A stretch of 64,000 bases of DNA from Caecitellus pseudoparvulus (Eukaryota; Protista; Bigyra: Bicosoecida), in NCBI GenBank assembly GCA_965644315.1, contig CBFFRQ010000018.1, positions 434,001-498,000 of the forward strand, given 5' to 3'. The position numbers and the translations under genes are program-made. Each line of letters begins with the position of its first letter. The first letter of the stretch is position 1. Below are positions 1 to 9,379 of this stretch, piece by piece. The notes beneath the pieces are model-generated. The model was not told the origin of the DNA, searched no databases, and was given only the letters and a program-made list of their open reading frames with translations.

Positions 1-257
1 CGAAAGGGGGGCTCGACAGCCACATCCTCGACGAGCAACCAACGTCCCCTTTTGCGGGGGCCGAGCACTGGTATCAACGGACCACATACTTCCATCCCCT
101 GAATGTAGCCTGCCACTGGAAAGCCCCCAGCACGACCCTGTCCGGCGCACCTACCCACCAGAAGCGGGCGGTTTGCTCTGAGGCGTGTTGAGCTTGCAGC
201 CAATTTCCGCGCTGCGAGGAGGCTTGTAGTCGTGCTGTTGCTGCGCAACCGCTGGCC

Positions 258-749
258 ATGGCGATGGGGAAAGCCTTTTGGGCCATTGCCTTGGCTGCAA
301 CATGTGGAGTTGCCGCTGCAGATGACAGCATTTCCACGCAGACCCTCGTGAACATCATCACCGTTGCGCTGGTGTTGGGCACGTGGTTTTTCTGGTGGAC
401 CAGCATCACCGCCGAGCGCAGCTACTTCCTGCTCCTGGGCACTTTCTGCTGTGCCCTGGGCAACGCAGTGTTCGGCGTCATGATCATTGAGGAGCAGGGC
501 AACGTGACGTGGGGCACGCTGTTCCTGTGCCTGGTGCTGCCGGCGCTGCATGGGCTGTACGCGCAGTTCCTCCGGTACCGCAGGGAAGGGGTGTTCTCCG
601 ACTCGGACGAGGAGGAAGGGGAAGATGGCAGTGGTGTGCCCCCCCCGGCACTGGCTCCCCCCACAGAAGGAGGCAAGCCCCTGCCCAAGCTGCTGGCTGA
701 GCAGGCAGCAGTCAAGGCGCGTGCCGAGCAGCTGAAGAAGCGGCGGTGA
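258..749 (+). CDS. Small membrane protein (signal peptide plus about 3 TM helices, acidic/Pro-rich C-tail), unknown function
   Basis: 163-aa ATG ORF with N-terminal hydrophobic signal (FWAIALAATCGVAAA) and three hydrophobic segments; convergent with PSMC1. Confidence 0.7.
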   Translation: MAMGKAFWAIALAATCGVAAADDSISTQTLVNIITVALVLGTWFFWWTSITAERSYFLLLGTFCCALGNAVFGVMIIEEQGNVTWGTLFLCLVLPALHGLYAQFLRYRREGVFSDSDEEEGEDGSGVPPPALAPPTEGGKPLPKLLAEQAAVKARAEQLKKRR

Positions 750-802
750 CGCTCTCGCCCGCCGCCCCCCTGTGTCTATCCGGTTGTGCAATGCATTGCT
801 GT

Positions 803-2409
803 CTACAAGTACATGCCCTCGGGGACATTGCCCTTCTTCTTGTACAGCACCTTCTCCTTCGCCTTCTCGAAGTCCGCTTGGGACACGCGCATGCGCCGTT
901 CTCGCAGCGCCAGCAGCCCGGCCTCAGTGCAGATGGCCTTGACGTCTGCGCCAGACAGCTCGTCCTTGGCGGAGACAAAGCCCTCCACGTTCACATCCTC
1001 CGCCAGCGCCATTTTCCCCGTGTGAATGCCGAAGATGCGGCGCTTGGTGGCTTCGTCTGGCAGGGGGAACTCGATCTTGCGGTCGATGCGGCCAGGTCGG
1101 ATGAGGGCCGGGTCCAGCGAGTCGATGCGGTTGGTGGCCATAATGACCTTCACATCGCCGCGCTCATCGAAGCCGTCCAGCTGGTTCAGCAGCTCCAGCA
1201 TCGTGCGCTGGATCTCCTTCTCCCCGCCGCTCCCCGTGTCGTACCGCTTGGAGCCGACAGCGTCAATTTCATCGATGAAGACGATGGAAGGCGAGTTCTC
1301 CTGAGCCACCTTGAACAGCTCACGCACCAGCTTAGGCCCCTCTCCCAGGTACTTCTGGATGAGCTCACTGCCGACGATGCGCAGAAAGGTGGCGGAGGTG
1401 TGGTTGGCCACCGCCTTGGCCAGCAGCGTCTTGCCCGTGCCGGGGGGGCCGTACAGGATGACGCCCTTGGGGGGCTTGATGCCGATGTCTTCGTACAGCT
1501 CTGGGTGGGTGAGGGGCAGCTCGACGGCCTCCTTGATCTCCTGGATCTGCTTCTCCAGGCCGCCGATGTCGGCATAGGACTCCTTGGGGGCCTTCTCCAC
1601 CTTCATCACGTTCACGGCGGCGTCTGCGTTCTCCGAGAGGATGCCGACGATGCTGTGGGTTTTGTTGTGCAGGAGCACGGTGCTGCCTGGCTCCAGCTGG
1701 TCAAAGTCCACGAAGGAGAGGATGGTGACGTAGTACTCTGGCCCATTGGGCGTGGAGATGATGGCGTGCTCGTCATCGATCATCTCCTCCAGCGTCCCGA
1801 TCTCAAGCGGCGCGCCACGAATGTCCTCCACCTTTGCCCGCTCTTCCTGTGTCGAAGGGCAGTGTGTGGGGCGGCGTGAGCAGCACAAACTGCTCACGTG
1901 AGGGTGACGGGCATCCACACCCACCTTGTCGCTGGCCTCCTTGGGGCGCAGGATCTCTTGGTTGCGGATGAACTCTTCCTCCATCAGCAGGAAATCCTTG
2001 ATACGCTCCAGCTTCAACTGTCTCAACTTGCACTTGCTGATGGGGAACACTGTTGCGGGCATGCATGACGAGGCGTGGTGGAGGCTGAAACGCCGCTGGC
2101 ACACCTCCCACCGCCACGTACCTGGTGGCACCTTTGACGCGGTGGATGGCCCCTTGCTTCGCTTTCGACGGCCAACCCGAGTGAGTGGCTTCACCTCTGC
2201 AGCACGGGAGAGCGAGGGCAGGTCAGGGGTTGTCGGCGCACAGCGCTGGTGTGTGTCGTGGCGTTGAGCCTCGTGCTGACGCTGCTCGAGGTGGCTGCTG
2301 GCCACGCACCGAAGCGCTTCTTCTTCTTGCCCTTGTCACCACCCTTTCCAGGAGGCTTGCCGCCCATGCCAGGCGGCAGGCCGCCCATTCCCCCTGGAAC
2401 GTTGCCCAT
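803..2409 (-). CDS. PSMC1: 26S proteasome regulatory ATPase subunit 4 (Rpt2)
   Basis: Walker A GPPGTGKT, Walker [28 protein letters not shown] and C-terminal EGMYL. Exon 1 MGNVPGG...KKKKRF (2409-2310). GT-AG introns 2309-2197, 2121-2050 and 1924-1847 restore a contiguous Rpt2 sequence. Confidence 0.97.
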
Positions 2410-2756
2410 GTTGGACGCCCGCCTGCGTTTCGCCGACAGCTGCGGAGATGAAACGCCACGTGCGTGCAGGGCGCTCCTGCACGTGGAGCGCAAGTGGAGG
2501 CTGGAGAGATTGTGTGTGGTGTAATTTATAAGGATATGCAGTGTGCTGAGTCTTGCGACTTCCCGCTGGGCCCCACCTCGCTCGTCACCACCGCTGAACT
2601 CGCTGTGACGGATGGCGTGCCTTCGCAAAACCAACATGCTGCCCTGTCCAGGGCTGTCAACAAGCACAGCGGCAAAAGCAGGCCGATAAAGATCCCAAGA
2701 CCGTAGCTCAGACCCACTCCCCCCTTTTCTTGGCTCCTTTATGTGGCACTTGGAGC
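2410..2756. promoter_or_regulatory. Probable bidirectional promoter region between PSMC1 and CAMTA
   Basis: 347 bp between divergent ATGs, with an AT-rich patch TAATTTATAA near 2522-2531 in otherwise GC-rich DNA. Confidence 0.4.
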
Positions 2757-5424
2757 ATGGCAGCCGTTGCTGGAGCGAGCGGCTGGAGCGCTTGCCGGAG
2801 CTTGACACGTGCTGAGCACGACGTCTTGCTGGAGCGCATGATGCGTGAATGGCTGGAGCCCTGGGAGATCTACTGCCTGCTGCTCTCCGTCGAGGCACTT
2901 CAGCTGCCGGTGACAGACGGCAACGTGAGCCAGCCCACCAGTGCGTGGCCCGCAGCGCAACAGAGGCTGAAAGCTACCGCGCGGCAATCGGCTGTGCTAC
3001 GGCTTCCTGCCCGCAGGTGGGCAAGTGGTTTTGTACCCAGGTTCATTTAGATGGTTTCGCAAGGACAACTGGTCTTGGCAGCGCAAGGACGTCGCACACA
3101 ACAAGGGCAAGCCTGGGGTGGGTGGAATTTAGAAACGCCAGCAACGCGCCTGCCACCCAGCAGGCACTCCTGCCCTCCTGCGCGCCTCACAGTTGAAGGA
3201 AGGCCACGCATGCTTCAAGCATGGAACCAAGCGCATGCTGTCGTGCTACTATGGACAACGTGAAGACATCCCCTCGTTCAAGCGGCGAATTTATTGGCGC
3301 TTGGATGTCCCCAAGGCTCAATCCTACATCCTCGTGCACTATCGCAACCAAGAGACGTTAGGGCTTCTGGCGCCACTGCCTCCCGTGCAAGCCCCTGCAC
3401 CACAACTTTCACTGCCTGTCTCTGTCGGCGTCCCGGTGACTGCAGCAGCAAGGCCCTCCACGTCGCCGTCAGCGCTGCCCAGCAGCGCTGACAAGCCCAA
3501 AGGACTGCTTCCTGCCCCACCCACCGCAACCGTGCCGCTGCACGTAGCCAGCAGCGCAGCAGCACCTCCAGTGCTCTCCAATGCGCCGCTTCATGCGAGT
3601 CCCACCCGTCCTCCCGCTCTGGCTGGCGAGGCCAGAGAGCTCCTGGCTGACGACCAGCTGTCCGGAGTCCCGGACACGGAGCTGGCTGACCTGACCCTGG
3701 AGCTGCTGCAGTCCCTGGTCATGCAGCTAGTGCAGCTGGCCCACTCGCCGGCCGACCCGGCCTCGGCAGTTCCGACCTCGACGCACCTCCTGGAGGCCGA
3801 TGACGGCGGCGCGACGCTGCTTCACCACGTCGCGTCTTGCGGCTTGAAGGACCTCGTGGGGCCCCTGCTGCGGGTCGGTCTGCACATTGACGAGCAAGAC
3901 AATGCTGGGCGCACGCCTCTCCTAGTGGCAGCGGCATGGGGCCAGGCAGGCGCCGTCGCAGAACTCGCCTTCCAGGGGGCGGACGTCCTGGCCGAGGATG
4001 AGGACGGGCAGTCCGCCAGTGCTCTGGCGCTGCGAGGTGGCCACGAGCAGCTCGGGTACCTGCTAGCTGAGTGCCAGCAGGAGGCGCAGGTGGCTGCCCA
4101 AGGCGCAGCGGGTTCCCCCACAGCGCCCTTCCAGCCGCTGGCGTTCCAGCTCCCAGCCGCACAGGAAGCTGCGTCGCCCTCCCCAGCCAAGCGCCTGCGC
4201 CCCACGGTTGAAGACTGGGAGGATGTGTGGAGCGGAGACCTGGACGTGGACTTCGCGGATGACGTGGCCATTCCGCTGGCCACTGAAACGGACGAAGCCA
4301 CCCCCAGCCGCCGCCCGCCCCCACTGCCTGCAGCGGCGGAGCCTGCCCTCCCGGATCTAGAGCAGGACATGGCAGCCTTGCGCCAAGAGTGGAAGGACAA
4401 GCTCTCGAAAGTCAGTGCTCCGCAGGTGGGCCAGGCCCCTGCGACGCGCGAGGCGTCCCTGGGGCTGCTGCAGCAGCTCCGCCGCCTGCCCATGCCAGCG
4501 CAGGTCTCGGGGCTGCCAGACATCCCGGAGTCGACGGGGACGCCCTTGCAGGCCCTGGACCAGGCCAACATGCTGCTGTCCGTCCTGGGCGAAGGCACGC
4601 TGGCGGAGCGCGTGTCCATGCACCTCGCCCTGGCCCCCAGCTTGCCCAGCGTGGTCACGGCGTCGTCTGCTGCCCCCTCCCTGCACTACCAGGACTCAGA
4701 CACAGGGTCCCACCGGCCCCAGCGCTCGCCCTTCATGTCATTCGACCCAGATGCAGTGCAGCCACCGCCCCTGGGTGGCGCTGGGCAGTCGCTGGGCAGT
4801 GTGGGCGACGGCGTGGAGTCGCTGGGGGGCATGAGCAGTTGCAGTGGGCAGGCCAGTGTCGGTTTTGACGACGCGCGGCTTGGTGTCACCAATGCTGACG
4901 TGCTGAGTGTCATCTCAGGGGGGGCGCTGGCGAGCGAAGGTGGTGCTGGGAGGCACGCCCCGCCCACGCCGCTGTCCGATGGGCGGCGGCTGCCTCCCGC
5001 TCGCGAGAGCATGTCGCACGCCGACGCGGTGAAGATGTACCACTGCATGTCGCCCGAGGAGCAGGAGGCTGTGGACGGGGAAGTCGCCCGCATCCAGCGC
5101 AACGTCCGGGCGTGGTTGGTGCTGCGCAACTATCGGAATATTCGGGGCGCCATCACCTCACTCCAAGCATACACCCGGTGCGCACTGGCTCGCAAGAAGT
5201 TCGCAGCGGCCAAGCAGGCCACTGTGGCCGTGCAGTCGCAGTGGAGGGGGCGCCAAGCTCGAGATGCCCTGCGACAGGCCCAGGCTGCCCTGGTCATCCA
5301 GCGCTCCCTCCGAAACTACCTCGCCCAACCAACCTCCTCCACTGCCCCAGGTGGGCTGCCCCCTGGCGCGGAGGGGGGGGGCGCCCCCCCTCCTACAGGT
5401 GGGCGCAAGCGCTCCTTTCAGTAG
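2757..5424 (+). CDS. CAMTA: Calmodulin-binding transcription activator-like protein (CG-1 domain, ankyrin repeats, IQ motifs)
   Basis: Splicing introns 2941-3016 and 3118-3192 builds a CG-1 domain (REWLEPWEI...FRKDNWSWQRK...LKEGHACFK...SCYYG...FKRRIYW). Ankyrin repeats GATLLHHVA and GRTPLLVAA. IQ motifs IQRNVRAWL, LQAYTRCAL, VQSQWRGRQAR. Confidence 0.88.
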
Positions 5425-5550
5425 GCACTGGCGTTATGGCGTATACAATGTATTTATTTGTCCCTACGCCGGTAGCCCCAGTAGGCGCTGAGCGGGCACG
5501 TGGCAGCTCGGCTGCTGTGCTGGCCTCGAGCAGGCCGACGCAGCGTCAGC

Positions 5551-8500
5551 ATGGCAGTCAGGAAGCATGTGTCGGTGCCTCCTGGCCTGGCTCGCCTGCA
5601 AGAGGTCGCAGGTGGAGATCAGGCTACCCATGCTCGACTGGGGAAGGTGGACGTTGTCGCAAGGCTCGTGGGCTGGGCTCCAGCGAGCCCGCCCCAGCTG
5701 CCGTTACCACAAGAGGCGCAGGGTGCGCGGTGCCTTGCGGTGATGCAGGACAGGCAGACTGTCATCGTAGAAGACCCAAGTGTTGGACAGAGTGTGCCGA
5801 TTGCTGCGGCGCAGAAGCGCATGCGGTTCGACCTGGCGGTGCCAGACACTGCCAGCAATGCCGAGCTGAACGAAACGCTGGCGCGTGTAGTGGTGGATGA
5901 CTGGCTGCAGCACGGCTTTGACGTCAGCGTGCTCGCCATGGGGACAGTAGGCACAGGGAAGAGTGTGTCTATGTTCGGAAGTGCTGCTTTCGGGACGGGA
6001 GCAGTGGCAAGAGAGGCTGGCTTCCCCGGTCTGGTACAGACTTGCGTTTCACGTCTGTTGGGTGGGGCAGCATCGCCCGCCGACTACATGCTGAGCTTAG
6101 CCGTGGCTGAAGTGCGCCCAGAGGAGGGATTGGTGGACCTCCTGGCCCGCCCTCCTGCCCAACCTGTGCAGGCGTCTCGAGTTCCGGGAGAGGGTGACTT
6201 GCCCAGCCTGCCATTGACCAGCGTGCTTGTCCACGATGCTGAGGAAGTGCAGGCAGCTCTGGAAGCGGGGCAGCAGCGCAGCGTGTCCTGGGAGCAAGCT
6301 GCCGCCTCGAAAACGACCCTGGTCCCCAAGCCGGGGGCCAGCCACGTGCTGGTGCGGCTGGGCGTGCTTCACGTGCCCAGTGGCACCTTGGCTCACTTGG
6401 GCGTGCTGGACACCGCGGGCTGGCCGGAAACACGAACCCCTACCGCGCACGACTCGCCAAGTGTGCACAACCAGGTGAACGGCAAAGACGGGTATCATCT
6501 GCGCAGCTGGCTGCGCGCTCTGGGGGGGGCCTCCCGGGGAGGGGAGCAACAGCAGGAGGAGCAAGGGCGGCCACTGAGGGGTGCAGCCTTGCACGGCAGA
6601 GCCACGGCCTTGCCTGAAACAAGGCAAAGCCAGCTGAACGCGCTGGTGTCGCTGATGGTGCTGGGCAACGCCAAGGCGTTCTTGTTGGGCTTCACGTCAA
6701 TTTCAGAGCAGAGCTACTTCTCCGCTCTGCGCACGTTGCAAGTGTTGCGAGGGGTGAGCAGCGTGAAGCTGCCGCTGCTGCCGAGTCAGAATGCCACGGC
6801 AGAGTCCTTGGGGCAAGTGGTGTCACTGGGTTCCATTCTGCCTCCCCCTTCCGCTGCACGTGACTGCGCGGCAGCCCAGCCGGCACCACGCCGCGAGCAG
6901 CTGACTTCCACTTCACGCCACGGTGCACGCGAAGCTAAAACGGTGGACGAGGCGGCTGCGGGCTCTGAGGAAGGCGCTAGGAGTGATGCGATTTCAGTCC
7001 CAAGTACTGCTCCCGCTGCGCGGGCCATGACAACAGCCTTATGTGCTCCCGAAAGCCCAGCGCTGGGCCAAGGCGGTGGCCCGGCCGACCAAGAACAAGC
7101 ATCCTCATCTATGGCGGCACCAAGCAGGGTGGAGGAGTTTGTCGCAAGGCCCCTGCGGCCCAGGCTGTTCCAGCCTCCTGCAGCTGTTGGTGTCGAGGCA
7201 GCGCAGGCGTCGCCTGCCCAGCCCTCGCCCCCACCCAAGCGCACATCAGAGCAAATCGAGCCAGCTGAGCAGGGCGAGTCCTTTCTCGAGCTTGCCGCCC
7301 ACATGAGCAGCATCATCGCCTCAATTCTGGAACCAGAACAAGGCGTGGAGCCGGCCACGGCTGAGTCTTTGGGTGACTCCGAATCCGTGTCGCTGTATTC
7401 AGAGCTCTCTGTGCCGCCTACGTGGGCTGCCTCGCTGCCTGGTCAGGCTCCTGGGTCTCAGGCCGCTGCTGCCGCAAGTGTGGGCAGCGGCTCAACTTCT
7501 TCTGATAGGGGCAGTGCACATGTGGAAATGCCGGCACACGATGAGGGTGTGCATCGCCAAGCACTTGAACGCAGCCCCCAGCCGCTGTCCCGTTCCCTTT
7601 CAGTGTCAGTATCGCCCACGACACCGCCTTCTGAGCCTGGGCAGTCGCCTTCAGGCCAACTCACGCCAAGCTCTTCACCGGCCAGGGAGGCGTTTCACTC
7701 AGCTCTGCTCGCAGCTGGTTTTGTGGAGAGCATGGATGCAGCTGTGGAAGAAAGCTTCGCGAGCACATCCCCTCCACCCCGCTCTAGTGCTCAGTCACGG
7801 GTGGACTTCAGTGCGGTACAGGCCTCCGCAGCGGCAGATTTTGAACAGCTGGCTCGTGCTGATGGCTGTCCCTCGCCCAGTCTCCGCAGCACTGGTTTTG
7901 AGGAAGGGACACCGGATGCTGGCGCCTTTGCACCAGCCCCGCTGTCCATCGCAGCCCCCGCACCTGCGACGGCTGCAGACGTGTCCCAGCGCGTGTCTGA
8001 TATTTTAGCCCGGCATGCTGCAGCAGGGCGCCAACTTGGCTCAGCTGCCGAGACCACTGCCTCTGTCGATTCACATGCACCAGGCGTGGGCTCCGGGCAA
8101 GCGCTCGTGCAGCAAGAGGAGGTGCGGCTGTTGCGTGAGCGACAGGCTCAGCTGCGGGCTGAGAACGCCGACCTTCGAAGCAAGGCGCAGAGCCTGGCAG
8201 CCCAGCTGAAGGAGACTGCAGCAGCTGCAGTGGAAGCCAACCTGGCCAACGAGGCCGAGCTGGCGGGCGCCCACGCAGAGACGAAAGCTGCGAAAGCCGC
8301 AGTGAGCAGCGCGGCACGGTCTGCTGACGAGACGCTTTGGGCCTGGTACGATGGGAGGCTGGATGCTGCTGAAGCCAAGCTCGCAGCTCTGCGAGCAGAC
8401 ACCCTTCGCCTAGACGCAGCGCGACTGCGAGCAGAGCTGCAGGGGGCGGATGTAGACGAGGTGCAGGGAGACAGCTTGAACGGCAGTGTCGAGGGAGATA

Positions 8501-9360
8501 GCGCCGCGCCCAGCACCGTTTCAGTGCCGGTTGCGACGTGGAACCGCATGAAGCGGCAGCACGCGTCGCAGCAGACGCGGATCTCGGAGCTGGAGGGCCA
8601 GCTTGCGTCTGCGGAACGCAGCCAGCGCCTGGGCGGGCGGTCCTGCCGTCGCCTGGGGCGCCTCGTGCGGTCCCTGGCCAAGGCCCAGGCCGAGGCGGTT
8701 CGGCGAGCCTGCGAGGCTGCCAGCCACCGGGACGCCATGATCGTTCGCGGTGCACAGGGGGCTGAGAGTGAGGTGCTTCTCCAGCATGCCCAGCAGGCCG
8801 CAGTGGCTGCCGGGCAGCAAGTCGCAGCCCTGCAAGGCGAGTTGCACGGCCTGCGCTGCTTCCTCGGGCAAGAGGCGGACTCGGTGGCTGCCACGGGGCG
8901 CCCCGATGCGAGCCTGGCCCGGGCCCTGCGCTCTGCAGTGCAGGGCAAGGAGGCCCCCCAGGCGCCTTCGCCCCGCGTCGCAGTTGACGATGTGGCGGAG
9001 CTCGTGCCTTGGGACCCACCCCGCCTGCCTGCCAGGCGCAGTCCCCGTGGCAGCTCAGGGGCAGACCCGCTGCAGGCAGCATTCACTGACCTGCTGCAAG
9101 ACGCTGCTGGTACTGCGCCTAGCCTCGTTCCTCGGCTGCAAGCCTTGCAGCGCACCGTGCAGGGAACGCACGCCGCTGCGGGCACAGGTACACACCAGGA
9201 AACGGCGCCACCGCCACCACCTCCCGCCCCAGTCGAAGCAAAGGCAGCCAGCAAGAACCCACGCAACACAAGCAGTGCATTGGCCAAGTCCAGCCACTCT
9301 CCAAGCAGATTGCCGTTGGCAGGTTGGGCGGGCGCCTGGGCGCAAGGGCTGCGTGGGTGA
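5551..9360 (+). CDS. Divergent kinesin-like protein (degenerate N-terminal motor domain, Ser/Pro linker, coiled coil)
   Basis: SVLAMGTVGTGKSVSMFG (kinesin P-loop region), ASHVL, LGVLDTAG and RQSQLNALV..LGNAKA (compare RxSKLTxLL..LGGNAKT); C-terminal heptad-rich region. First ATG at 5551. Confidence 0.75.
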   Translation: MAVRKHVSVPPGLARLQEVAGGDQATHARLGKVDVVARLVGWAPASPPQLPLPQEAQGARCLAVMQDRQTVIVEDPSVGQSVPIAAAQKRMRFDLAVPDTASNAELNETLARVVVDDWLQHGFDVSVLAMGTVGTGKSVSMFGSAAFGTGAVAREAGFPGLVQTCVSRLLGGAASPADYMLSLAVAEVRPEEGLVDLLARPPAQPVQASRVPGEGDLPSLPLTSVLVHDAEEVQAALEAGQQRSVSWEQAAASKTTLVPKPGASHVLVRLGVLHVPSGTLAHLGVLDTAGWPETRTPTAHDSPSVHNQVNGKDGYHLRSWLRALGGASRGGEQQQEEQGRPLRGAALHGRATALPETRQSQLNALVSLMVLGNAKAFLLGFTSISEQSYFSALRTLQVLRGVSSVKLPLLPSQNATAESLGQVVSLGSILPPPSAARDCAAAQPAPRREQLTSTSRHGAREAKTVDEAAAGSEEGARSDAISVPSTAPAARAMTTALCAPESPALGQGGGPADQEQASSSMAAPSRVEEFVARPLRPRLFQPPAAVGVEAAQASPAQPSPPPKRTSEQIEPAEQGESFLELAAHMSSIIASILEPEQGVEPATAESLGDSESVSLYSELSVPPTWAASLPGQAPGSQAAAAASVGSGSTSSDRGSAHVEMPAHDEGVHRQALERSPQPLSRSLSVSVSPTTPPSEPGQSPSGQLTPSSSPAREAFHSALLAAGFVESMDAAVEESFASTSPPPRSSAQSRVDFSAVQASAAADFEQLARADGCPSPSLRSTGFEEGTPDAGAFAPAPLSIAAPAPATAADVSQRVSDILARHAAAGRQLGSAAETTASVDSHAPGVGSGQALVQQEEVRLLRERQAQLRAENADLRSKAQSLAAQLKETAAAAVEANLANEAELAGAHAETKAAKAAVSSAARSADETLWAWYDGRLDAAEAKLAALRADTLRLDAARLRAELQGADVDEVQGDSLNGSVEGDSAAPSTVSVPVATWNRMKRQHASQQTRISELEGQLASAERSQRLGGRSCRRLGRLVRSLAKAQAEAVRRACEAASHRDAMIVRGAQGAESEVLLQHAQQAAVAAGQQVAALQGELHGLRCFLGQEADSVAATGRPDASLARALRSAVQGKEAPQAPSPRVAVDDVAELVPWDPPRLPARRSPRGSSGADPLQAAFTDLLQDAAGTAPSLVPRLQALQRTVQGTHAAAGTGTHQETAPPPPPPAPVEAKAASKNPRNTSSALAKSSHSPSRLPLAGWAGAWAQGLRG

Positions 9361-9379
9361 CCCGTTGGCTGGGGTGGGG

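Noticed and set aside
746-1879. 377-aa plus-strand ORF antisense to PSMC1, and many similar long antisense ORFs (e.g. 17387-18328, 36460-37722, 43715-45094)
   Set aside because: Shadow ORFs expected from GC-rich codon usage opposite real genes; no motifs.
2294-2956. First introns of PSMC1 and CAMTA both begin GTGCGTGGCC(A/C)GCAGC, a possible Introner or inverted repeat
   Set aside because: Six bases are the donor consensus, similarity ends after 16 nt, and no other introns share sequence or TSD/TIR features; compatible with chance.
5369-5393. G-run/C-run palindrome near the CAMTA 3' end
   Set aside because: Explained by Gly-Gly-Gly-Ala-Pro-Pro-Pro codons.
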